Shown: positions 9,077 to 17,101 of the stretch, piece after piece | Numbering within the stretch: the first letter of the stretch is position 1 | Layout of the letters: every line of letters starts with the position of its first letter | DNA from: an uncultured delta proteobacterium | GTDB lineage: Bacteria; Desulfobacterota; Zymogenia; Zymogenales; Zymogenaceae | NCBI GenBank assembly: GCA_963792965.1 | Contig: CAWBYW010000007.1 | Coordinates: 288,001-352,000 of the forward strand | Direction of reading: 5' to 3' | Length of the DNA: 64,000 nt | Notes under the pieces: model-generated | Databases searched by the model: none | What the model was told of the DNA's origin: nothing | The model's input: only the letters and a program-made list of their open reading frames with translations | Program-made: the position numbers and the translations under genes

Positions 9077-10028
9077 TGGTACTCCTTGACGTGGTCGATG
9101 AACTCGCCGATGAGCTCGTGTCGCTCGCTCTGGATCGAGCCCGAAAGGACAATGTATCTGATCTCGGCGTCGTCTCTAACCGAAAGCAGCTCCGCGAGGC
9201 TCCCCCCCTCGTGCGAAAAGCCGGCCTTCGTCAGGGCGCGCCTGAGGTGATCAAAGCGTATCGTCACCTCCGTATGGCCGAAGAGGAGGATCTTCCTGGG
9301 CCACCGATCGGCCCGCGTATCCCGCAGGAAACCGCCCATCGCACCAGGCACCGACCAGTCCGACGAATGCTCCGAAATGAAGAGCCTGTCGCTCCTTTGG
9401 GTCGCGAGCTCCACGAACCGAACCGCACCCGTGTTGAGGTGGATGACCCCGGGCGCGTCCGAAAGGTCAATATCGAGCCCCTCAATAAAGTCACGGGCCT
9501 CTTTCAGATGTTCCGTCACTGCCGCTTCCTGGCTCTCTCGGGGGCTGTCGGTCCTCCATGAGCGCGATGAGCGCGGATTTCGGGATATCGACGATCGACG
9601 GAAAATCGGCGAGGTTTTCGTTTGAGATGATCAGGTCAAAACCGCTCGCATGCCGGCAGATAGTCAAAAATGTCCGACTCGACGAACTTCACTCGCCCGC
9701 CGAACGACGAGAGGGTTTCTCGCTGACGGGCAAGGAAGACCGGGCTGATATCGGCCATCGTCAGCGCTATCGTTTCAAACCGTGAAAGAAGGGAGCGCGC
9801 GAGGTTTCCGTGGCCGCCCCCCACCTCGAGGACGCGGGCGCCGTCCGATATCATTGCCCGGCTCTGCAGGAGGTCGGCCACCACGTCGCCGTAGGCGCGT
9901 CGCGCCCTGAGGGCGTCCTGATAGGGTGAATCGACGTCCCTGAGGCACTCGCTGATCGTCTGCTCCCAGCCGAGGCTTGCGCCCGTTGACCGGTGATAGG
10001 CCGTCGTATCGTTGAGCGAGACCGGCAT
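9055..10028 (-). CDS. Class I SAM-dependent methyltransferase, split by one frameshift near 9640
   Basis: VLEVGGGHG motif I. Removing one T from TTTT gives ...ERFDLIISNENLADFP..., which continues into ORF 9055..9519. Confidence 0.75.
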
Positions 10029-10032
10029 CGGT

Positions 10033-11061
10033 CTACTTCTTAAAGACTTCACGAAAGGCCAGGATGGTCTCTTCGATCTCGTCGGATGTGACATTGAGGT
10101 GAGTGACGCAGCGCACCTTCGTCTGGCCGAACGGGAGCATAAACACGTCCCTCTTGCCCATCTGGACGACGACATCGATGGGTGAGAGCTTCTTTGAATC
10201 GATCTCAAAGATCACGATATTGGTCTGGACGTCCTTCGGATCGATCGATACCCCCGGCATCTTCGAGAGCGCCTGTGCGAGATGCTGCGCGTTCTTGTGG
10301 TCATCTGCAAGGCGCTCGACATGGTGATCCAGCGCCCAGAGCGCCGCGGCCGCGGCAATGCCGACCTGGCGCTGCCCGCCGCCAACCATCTTACGGAACC
10401 GGTGCACCCGGTCGATGACCAGTTCATCTCCCGCAATCATGGACCCCATGGGCGCCCCCAGTCCCTTCGAGAAACAGATCGTGACGGTATCGAAGTATTT
10501 CGCATACTCCTTGGCCTCAATCCGTGAGGCGACGACCGCGTTGAGGAGCCGCGCCCCGTCCATATGCATCTTCATGCCCTGATCCAGGCACAGCTCCCGG
10601 GTCTTTTCGATCTCTTCAATCGGGATTATCGCCCCGCCGGCCCGGTTGTGCGTGTTCTCTATGACGACAAGTGAGCTTCTCGGTTGATGGTGGTCCGCCG
10701 GCCGGATTACGGCGGCTACCTGGTCGCGCGTGATGAGCCCCCGTTTGCCCGGGATCGGCCTGAGCTGAACCCCCGAAAGGACGGCCGAGCCCGCGGCCTC
10801 GTAGGTGAAGACGTGGCTTTCGGCTTCGAGGATCACCTCTTCTCCCGGTTCGGTGAGCGCCTTGACGGAAAGGAGGTTACCCATCGTGCCGGAGGCGACC
10901 CAAATCGCGCGCTCCTTGCCGAGCAGTGCCGCAACCCTCTGTTGAAGACGGTTTACCGTGGGGTCTTCGCTGAAGACGTCATCTCCGACCTCGGCCTCGA
11001 AAATAGCCTTCCTCATCTCATTGGTCGGCTTGGTGACCGTGTCGCTCCTCAAATCTATCAT
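10033..11061 (-). CDS. ltaE: Low-specificity L-threonine aldolase
   Basis: IDLRSDTVTKPT, SGTMGNL, ENTHN, HMDGAR, CFSKGLGAP. Confidence 0.95.
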   Translation of the reverse strand: MIDLRSDTVTKPTNEMRKAIFEAEVGDDVFSEDPTVNRLQQRVAALLGKERAIWVASGTMGNLLSVKALTEPGEEVILEAESHVFTYEAAGSAVLSGVQLRPIPGKRGLITRDQVAAVIRPADHHQPRSSLVVIENTHNRAGGAIIPIEEIEKTRELCLDQGMKMHMDGARLLNAVVASRIEAKEYAKYFDTVTICFSKGLGAPMGSMIAGDELVIDRVHRFRKMVGGGQRQVGIAAAAALWALDHHVERLADDHKNAQHLAQALSKMPGVSIDPKDVQTNIVIFEIDSKKLSPIDVVVQMGKRDVFMLPFGQTKVRCVTHLNVTSDEIEETILAFREVFKK

Positions 11062-12302
11062 GTCACAGCCTCCTTATCTATCCCGGTCAGATCCCTGAGT
11101 GCCCGGTCGAGCTCCCTCAGGAAAGATTCGCTGTCGGTGACGATGCCGACGGCCTGAAATGACCCCCGGTCGGAGAGTTTTGTCGCCACCGCGGGGTTTA
11201 TATCCACGGCGACCGTCCGCACGTGCGCCGGAAGGAGATTCCCCGTGGCCACCGAATGAAGGGTCGAGGCCACCATGACAGCCAGTCCCACGCCCCGGGC
11301 GTGTTGCCTCATCTCTTGTTGGGCTTCCTGCGTGTCTGTAATCACCTCCGGCAGGGGCCCGTCGTCCCTGATGGAGCCAGCCAGTACAAACGGGACGTTC
11401 CTGGTGACGAGTGAATACATGACCCCCTTGGTGATGAGCCCTTTTTCGACCGCATTTCTGATGCCCCCGACCTTTCGTATGGTGTTGATTGCCCGCAGAT
11501 GGTGCTCATGGCCGCCGGAGGCGGGGATGCCACGATCGAGATAGAAACCGAGCGACGTGCCGAAGAGCGCGTATTCGATGTCGTGGACGGCCAGCGCGTT
11601 ACCGGAAAAAAACACGTCGACAAACCCCATCTCGATGATATCGGAAAGGTATCTCCCGGCGCGGGTATGGATGACGGCGGGTCCGGCCACTACGAGTATT
11701 TTCTTTTGTGACTTTTTGGCAGCGACCATCTCTGCGGCGATCTTCTTGATGAGCTCACCTTTCGGCTTTTCCGACGATACCCCCGACCCCATGAACTCGA
11801 AGAGCTCCCTCTCGCGCGAGCGCTCAAGGGGGATGACCTTGATGCCGTCGTGGCCCACGACGAGCTTGTCCCCCTTATTCACCGAGCCGATCGGGACGGT
11901 CCCTGCGGTATGTCTTTCGAGATCGAGCCTGATCCCACAGTCCATCTCGGGGTCTTCCACCTCATGCCACTGTCCGCCAAGAAAGATCTGTGTGGCGAGG
12001 TTCGTCGTCGAATAGAAATCGTCCGGGAATACCCCATCAATCGGCGCCTCTTCCCATCTCGCCTCCCGGTCTCGCGCGACCACCGCCCCCAGCCCCTGTA
12101 CGGCGTCCACGATATCGACAAGAGAGCCGTCGGTGTCGGCAAAGATGCGTATGCGCGCATAGCTCGTCTCGGTCTTCTTTTTCCCCATCCGAAACTCTTC
12201 GACATCGAAGTTCCCTCCCTGCTCCATGATCTCCGTGAGAACCCGGGGCAGGATAAGGGAGTCGATAATGTGTCCGACGAGCTCAATGACTTCTTCCGGC
12301 AT
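11058..12302 (-). CDS. TIGR00300 family protein, related to the ornithine cyclodeaminase part of ArgZ/AgrE
   Basis: GHIIDSL, DGVFPDDFYSTTN, FEFM.S.VSSEKP, GNALAVHDIE, LAGSIRDDGPLP, KLSDRGS. Confidence 0.85.
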   Translation of the reverse strand: MPEEVIELVGHIIDSLILPRVLTEIMEQGGNFDVEEFRMGKKKTETSYARIRIFADTDGSLVDIVDAVQGLGAVVARDREARWEEAPIDGVFPDDFYSTTNLATQIFLGGQWHEVEDPEMDCGIRLDLERHTAGTVPIGSVNKGDKLVVGHDGIKVIPLERSRERELFEFMGSGVSSEKPKGELIKKIAAEMVAAKKSQKKILVVAGPAVIHTRAGRYLSDIIEMGFVDVFFSGNALAVHDIEYALFGTSLGFYLDRGIPASGGHEHHLRAINTIRKVGGIRNAVEKGLITKGVMYSLVTRNVPFVLAGSIRDDGPLPEVITDTQEAQQEMRQHARGVGLAVMVASTLHSVATGNLLPAHVRTVAVDINPAVATKLSDRGSFQAVGIVTDSESFLRELDRALRDLTGIDKEAVT

Positions 12303-12429
12303 CCAATCTTCCAAAAAATAGAATTTCTAAATATATACCATAAAAGGGCCGCACCGGCAACTCCATATTGACATCGGCCGACTATTTTGATAAGTATCTA
12401 TCACGAGCCTAACCTGAATGGAATAAGAC

Positions 12430-13464
12430 ATGACAATCACCTATAAGGACTCCGGCGTCGATATCGACAAGGGGAACCTTTTCGTCAAGATGATTAAAAA
12501 AGAGGTCGAGTCGACCCGTACCAAGGGCGTCCTCGGGGGGATCGGCGGTTTCGGCGGCCTCTTCCGCCCCAACATCACGGGAATGAAGGAGCCGGTGCTG
12601 GTCTCCTCCACCGACGGCGTCGGGACCAAGCTCGCCGTCGCTCAGATGATGGGCGTCCATGATACCGTCGGGATCGATCTGGTTGCCATGTCCGTCAACG
12701 ATATCGCCGTGACGGGGGCCTCACCGCTTTTCTTTCTGGACTACATAGCCACGGGAAAGCTTGAGGAGGGCGTGCTCGTTTCGGTAATAACCGGCGTCGC
12801 CGCCGGCTGCCGGGAGGCGGGATGCGCCCTCATCGGCGGCGAGACGGCCGAGATGCCCGGCTTCTACCCAGAGGGCACGTATGACCTTGCGGGCTTTGCC
12901 GTCGGCATCGTGGACAGGCGCGCCATCATCGACGGCGGCACCATAAGAAACGGTGATGTCATCGTCGGCATCCCGTCATCGGGCCTGCACAGCAACGGTT
13001 ATTCACTGGCGCGTAAGATCGTCTTCGACGCGCTCAGGCTCAATCCCGGAGATCGCGTGGCCGGGCTGGACAGGAGCATCGGCCAAGAGCTCCTGACGCC
13101 GACGCGCATCTATGTGAAGACCGTCAGGGCACTGCTCGGAAGCGTGGCGATCACCGCTATCGCCCACATCACCGGAGGCGGCCTTATCGACAATATCGAG
13201 CGACTGCTGCCCGAGGGCCTGTCGGCCGTTCTCGACATGAAGGCGTGGGAAGTCCCCCCGATCTTCCGGTTCCTCCAGGAGGGAGGAAACGTGGAAAAAT
13301 CCGAAATGCTGCGCACCTTCAACAACGGTATCGGGCTGGCAATCGCGGTGCGCAAGCGGGACGCCGACCGCGCCCTAACTATCCTGAGAACCTCAGGGGA
13401 GAGGCCGATCGTCATCGGCGGAATTGAAAAGAGGAAGGACGGCGCACCCGCGGTGCGCTACTGA
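12430..13464 (+). CDS. purM: Phosphoribosylformylglycinamidine cyclo-ligase (AIR synthetase)
   Basis: TYKDSGVDI, STDGVGTK, GGETAEMPG, SSGLHSNGYSL, HITGGG. Confidence 0.97.
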   Translation: MTITYKDSGVDIDKGNLFVKMIKKEVESTRTKGVLGGIGGFGGLFRPNITGMKEPVLVSSTDGVGTKLAVAQMMGVHDTVGIDLVAMSVNDIAVTGASPLFFLDYIATGKLEEGVLVSVITGVAAGCREAGCALIGGETAEMPGFYPEGTYDLAGFAVGIVDRRAIIDGGTIRNGDVIVGIPSSGLHSNGYSLARKIVFDALRLNPGDRVAGLDRSIGQELLTPTRIYVKTVRALLGSVAITAIAHITGGGLIDNIERLLPEGLSAVLDMKAWEVPPIFRFLQEGGNVEKSEMLRTFNNGIGLAIAVRKRDADRALTILRTSGERPIVIGGIEKRKDGAPAVRY

Positions 13465-13619
13465 CAGAGAGATGGTTCCCCGGGAAGCCGGTCCCGGAGA
13501 GAGAGCGTATCCCGTCCTCATAAGACGCTCGGTCGCTCGGGCCGGGTGGGGGTTTGTGTCCGGCGTCACAAACATTATTAGTCGCACGCTCTTTGTATCA
13601 GTTCTTTTGAGGTGCCGGT

Positions 13620-14276
13620 ATGCTCACGATAGCCGTCTTTATCTCCGGCAGCGGATCTAACCTTCAGTCGATCATCGACAACATCGAGAAGGGAGCGCTC
13701 GACGCCCGCATCGCACTGGTGCTCTCAAACGAGCCGGAGGCCTTCGGGCTTGAGCGCGCCAAAAAGCACGGCATTCCCACCGCCGTCGTCAACCACCGGG
13801 ATTTTAAGAACCGCCGTGAATTCGAAGAGGCGATCCTGGCCACAATAGTCGGCCGCCCCATCGAGCTCATCTGTCTTGCCGGATTCATGCGCGTCCTGAC
13901 AACAGATTTTATAAGGCGTTTTCCCAGGAAGATCATCAACATCCACCCGGCGCTCCTCCCGTCTTTCGCCGGCACCCACGGACAGAAGGACGCCTTCGAC
14001 TACGGGGTCAAATTCTCCGGCTGCACGATCCACTTCGTCGACGAAGGAGTCGACACCGGGCCCATCATCATGCAGGCCGTCGTGCCGGTCATGCCCGACG
14101 ACGACGTCGAGAGCCTCCAGAAGAGGATCCTCGCCCAGGAGCACAGGATCTATCCCCAGGTCATTCAGTTTATCGCGGAAGGACGCGTCACAATCGAAGG
14201 GAGGAAAGTTATCGTTCGGGGGGGAAAGAAAATCGAGAGCTTCGCCCACACCAGCCCGCCCCTCGAGATCGGGTAA
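13620..14276 (+). CDS. purN: Phosphoribosylglycinamide formyltransferase
   Basis: SGSGSNLQ, LAGFMR, NIHPALLPSF.G, DTGPII. Confidence 0.97.
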   Translation: MLTIAVFISGSGSNLQSIIDNIEKGALDARIALVLSNEPEAFGLERAKKHGIPTAVVNHRDFKNRREFEEAILATIVGRPIELICLAGFMRVLTTDFIRRFPRKIINIHPALLPSFAGTHGQKDAFDYGVKFSGCTIHFVDEGVDTGPIIMQAVVPVMPDDDVESLQKRILAQEHRIYPQVIQFIAEGRVTIEGRKVIVRGGKKIESFAHTSPPLEIG

Positions 14277-14279
14277 GCC

Positions 14280-14714
14280 ATGTACCTCGTCAGCGCGTGT
14301 CTGGTCGGGATCAACTGCAGGTATGACGGGAAGAATTCCTTCTCCGAGGCGGTCGCCCGCTTCCTGCAGGATAAGGAGTTCGTGCCGGTTTGTCCCGAGC
14401 TCCTCGGCGGGCTCGGCGTCCCCCGGCCCCCGTGCCGGTTTTCGGGCGGCGACGGGAAGGCGGTGCTTTCCGGTCGCGCACGCGTCCTTTCGGATAACGG
14501 AGACGACATGACCGCCCCTTTCATCTCGGGCGCCCAAAAGGCCCTCTCGATCGCCGCACTGAAGGGGGCAACAGTCGCCGTCCTCAACGAGAGAAGCCCC
14601 TCCTGCGGCGTCCGCGAGGTCTATATAGAAATGGAAAGATCCCCGGGGCTCGGGGTGACCGCCTGGCTGCTGGCGGATGAGGGGATCGAGCTCATCTCCG
14701 ACGAGGATATCTGA
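14280..14714 (+). CDS. DUF523 / 2-thiouracil desulfurase family Fe-S protein
   Basis: VSACLVG..CRYDG, VCPE..GGL..PR, SPSCG. Confidence 0.88.
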   Translation: MYLVSACLVGINCRYDGKNSFSEAVARFLQDKEFVPVCPELLGGLGVPRPPCRFSGGDGKAVLSGRARVLSDNGDDMTAPFISGAQKALSIAALKGATVAVLNERSPSCGVREVYIEMERSPGLGVTAWLLADEGIELISDEDI

Positions 14715-14845
14715 AGGCCGGCGACAATCGTCGTCTCGTGCCGGATTGATTGGATACGATCATCGGTGTAGATTTTTTCGTCGTGCCGTGCTAACGTGTC
14801 CTTTATCGGCAAAAACTTTTATATGTATAGAGGTGAGGTCATACC

Positions 14846-15769
14846 ATGAAATCAAAAACCTTCACGTTCAAGGGCGAAGATGGAAAAGAGATCTTCACCT
14901 ACTCATGGCTTCCGGACGGCAAGGCAAAAGCGGCCGTGCAGATTTCCCACGGCATGGCCGAACACGCCGCGCGCTACGAAAGGTTTGCCAAGGCGCTGAC
15001 GGACGCGGGCTTTGCCGTCTATGCCAACGACCACCGTGGGCACGGTAAGACGGCCGGCGCGCTGGAAAACGTCGGTTACTTTGCCGACCGGGACGGCTGG
15101 AATGTCGTCATCGGAGACATGCACCGCCTGACCCAACTCATCAAGAAAGAGCAGCCCGGTCTTCCCGTCTTCCTCTTCGGCCACAGCATGGGGTCCCTCC
15201 TGTCACGCGGGTACATCACCCGGTGGGGCGGCGACATCAAGGGGGTCATTCTCTCGGGCACCGGCGGCGATCCGGGGCTCTTGGGCAAAGTCGGACTCTT
15301 GGTGGCGCGCTGGGAGTCTAAACGAAAAGGAAGAAAGGCGCCGAGTCCTCTGATGACGAAGCTCTCCTTCGGCGCATTTAATAAGCCCTTCAAACCCGCG
15401 CGGACCGAGTTCGAGTGGCTTTCACGGGACCCCAAGGAGGTCGACAAGTACGTCGCTGACCCTTACTGCGGCGGAGTCTTCACCGCCGGCTTCTGGTATG
15501 ACATGCTCTCTTCGATGGGGGAGATCTATCGGCCGGCCGTCATCGCCAAGATCCCTAAGAAGCTCCCCATATACCTGTTCTCGGGCGAAAAGGACCCGGT
15601 CGGAAACAACATGAAAGGCGTCAAGGAGGCCTATAACGCCTACGAGAAGGCCGGGGTCGCCGACGTGACGGTTAAGTTCTATAAAGACGGCAGGCATGAG
15701 ATGCTCAATGAGATCAACCGGGACGAGGTCTATAAGGACGTGATCGCCTGGCTGAACAAGCACCTTTAG
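14846..15769 (+). CDS. Alpha/beta hydrolase (lysophospholipase-like)
   Basis: HGMAEH, DHRGHG, GHSMG nucleophile, RHEMLNE. Confidence 0.92.
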   Translation: MKSKTFTFKGEDGKEIFTYSWLPDGKAKAAVQISHGMAEHAARYERFAKALTDAGFAVYANDHRGHGKTAGALENVGYFADRDGWNVVIGDMHRLTQLIKKEQPGLPVFLFGHSMGSLLSRGYITRWGGDIKGVILSGTGGDPGLLGKVGLLVARWESKRKGRKAPSPLMTKLSFGAFNKPFKPARTEFEWLSRDPKEVDKYVADPYCGGVFTAGFWYDMLSSMGEIYRPAVIAKIPKKLPIYLFSGEKDPVGNNMKGVKEAYNAYEKAGVADVTVKFYKDGRHEMLNEINRDEVYKDVIAWLNKHL

Positions 15770-15864
15770 TCGTCACGTTTGGTGAATCGAGAGGCTGCGG
15801 TATCGCCGACGTATCTCTATCGTCATCGGAGACGATACTCATCTCTTATAGCAGGGAGGAGACA

Positions 15865-16080
15865 ATGGACGAGAAGATCATCATTTACGGCAGGAGCGGC
15901 TGACCCTACACGGACAAGGCCAGGTCGGCCTTCGGGGACCGGGCGACGTATTTCGACGTCGATAAGGACCCAAAGAAGATGGACGAGATGCTCACCCATT
16001 CGAAGGGAAAGCGATCGGTCCCCGTGATCGTCGAGGGAACAAAGGTAACGGTCGGGTACGGCGGTTCCTGAGGCGTCTGA
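15865..16080 (+). CDS. Glutaredoxin-like selenoprotein with two Sec residues (UXX-star-like), 71 aa
   Basis: SD GGAGG, then MDEKIIIYGRSG-U-PYTDKARSAFGDRATYFDVDKDPKKMDEMLTHSKGKRSVPVIVEGTKVTVGYGGS-U-GV*. TGA at 15901 and 16069; glutaredoxin cis-Pro motif SVPVIV; a hairpin follows each UGA. Confidence 0.85.
15916..15932 (+). promoter_or_regulatory. Putative bacterial SECIS element for UGA 15901
   Basis: AAGGCC-AGGTC-GGCCTT hairpin 12 nt after the UGA; loop resembles the E. coli fdhF SECIS loop (AGGUCU). Confidence 0.7.
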
Positions 16081-16082
16081 CG

Positions 16083-16099
16083 GCGCACCGTGCGTGCGC
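16083..16099 (+). promoter_or_regulatory. Putative SECIS element for the C-terminal UGA 16069
   Basis: GCGCAC-CGTGC-GTGCGC hairpin 11 nt after the UGA, with GU in the loop; lies just past the terminal stop. Confidence 0.55.
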
Positions 16100-16133
16100 A
16101 CCACATCCAGGGCGGCGCTGGGCCTCCTTTCGT

Positions 16134-16499
16134 TCAGAAATCGGCGTCAAAGGCGTTTGGGATTAGCTTTACCCTCGGAATGAATCCGACGAGGTCCACC
16201 GCCACCACGTCGAAACGACAGGCCGTATCGCCGGTCCCCGCGCGCTGTGTGAGGTAGATGAGGGCCATCTGCGTAAGCTTCCTTCTCTTTTTCTCATCGA
16301 CCGCTTCTTCCGGCGGGCCGTACTCGGCCGACTTCTTCGTCTTCACCTCCACAAAGACCAGATCGTCCCCGTCCACAGCTATGATGTCGATCTCGCCGTA
16401 TCGCGTGCGGTAGTTTGTCTCGATAATGCGGTAGCCGGCCAGCATGAGCCGTATCCGGGCGATCCGCTCCCCGAGCCTCCCTTCCCTATTGCGCTTCAC
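16134..16499 (-). CDS. YraN family (UPF0102) endonuclease-like protein
   Basis: NYRTRYGEIDIIA, LVFVEVK, CRFDVV; follows rnhB. Confidence 0.92.
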   Translation of the reverse strand: MKRNREGRLGERIARIRLMLAGYRIIETNYRTRYGEIDIIAVDGDDLVFVEVKTKKSAEYGPPEEAVDEKKRRKLTQMALIYLTQRAGTGDTACRFDVVAVDLVGFIPRVKLIPNAFDADF

Positions 16500-17098
16500 G
16501 GATGACCTCCTTCACGCCCGAAAAAGTCCGTCGGTGGATGGGACACGGCCCGTGTCTTTGAAGCGCGGCAAGATGCTCCGCCGTCCCATAGCCCTTGTTT
16601 TGCGCGAAGTTGTATTCGGGGTATTGACGGTGATATTCGCGCATGATCCGATCCCGTGTGACCTTAGCCACGACGGAGGCGGCCGCGATAGACGCCGACC
16701 TCCGGTCCCCCTTGATGAGCGCGACGTGGGGGATGTCGGACGGAAAGCCGTACCCTCCGTCCACAAGGACGAGATCGAACGCGGACCGTAGTCCCTTCAC
16801 CACCTCCTCCATCGCCACAAGAGATGCCCTGAGGATGTTGATTCGGTCTATCTGTTCGTGGTCAACGCCGGCCACCCTCCATGCCACTGCTGCGCCCGTG
16901 ATCTCGTCATAGAAGCGCTCCCTGAGCCTCGGGGGTAAGCTCCTTTGAGTCTCTAAGCCCTTCTATTCGCACCCCCCTCGGCAGCACCACCCCGGCCGCC
17001 ACCACCGGGCCGGCCAAGGGTCCCCTGCCCGCCTCATCCACCCCACAGAGGCGCGCGAACCCCTCAGCATAGAACTGCTCATCAAAACGGAAAAGCAT
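16486..17098 (-). CDS. rnhB: Ribonuclease HII, split by one frameshift near 16933
   Basis: [39 protein letters not shown]. The frame is restored by removing one C from a C5 run. Confidence 0.9.
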
Positions 17099-17101
17099 GG
17101 T

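Noticed and set aside
9630-9645. TGA ending the methyltransferase ORF, considered as possible selenocysteine
   Set aside because: The protein continues in a different frame; one extra T in TTTT explains it.
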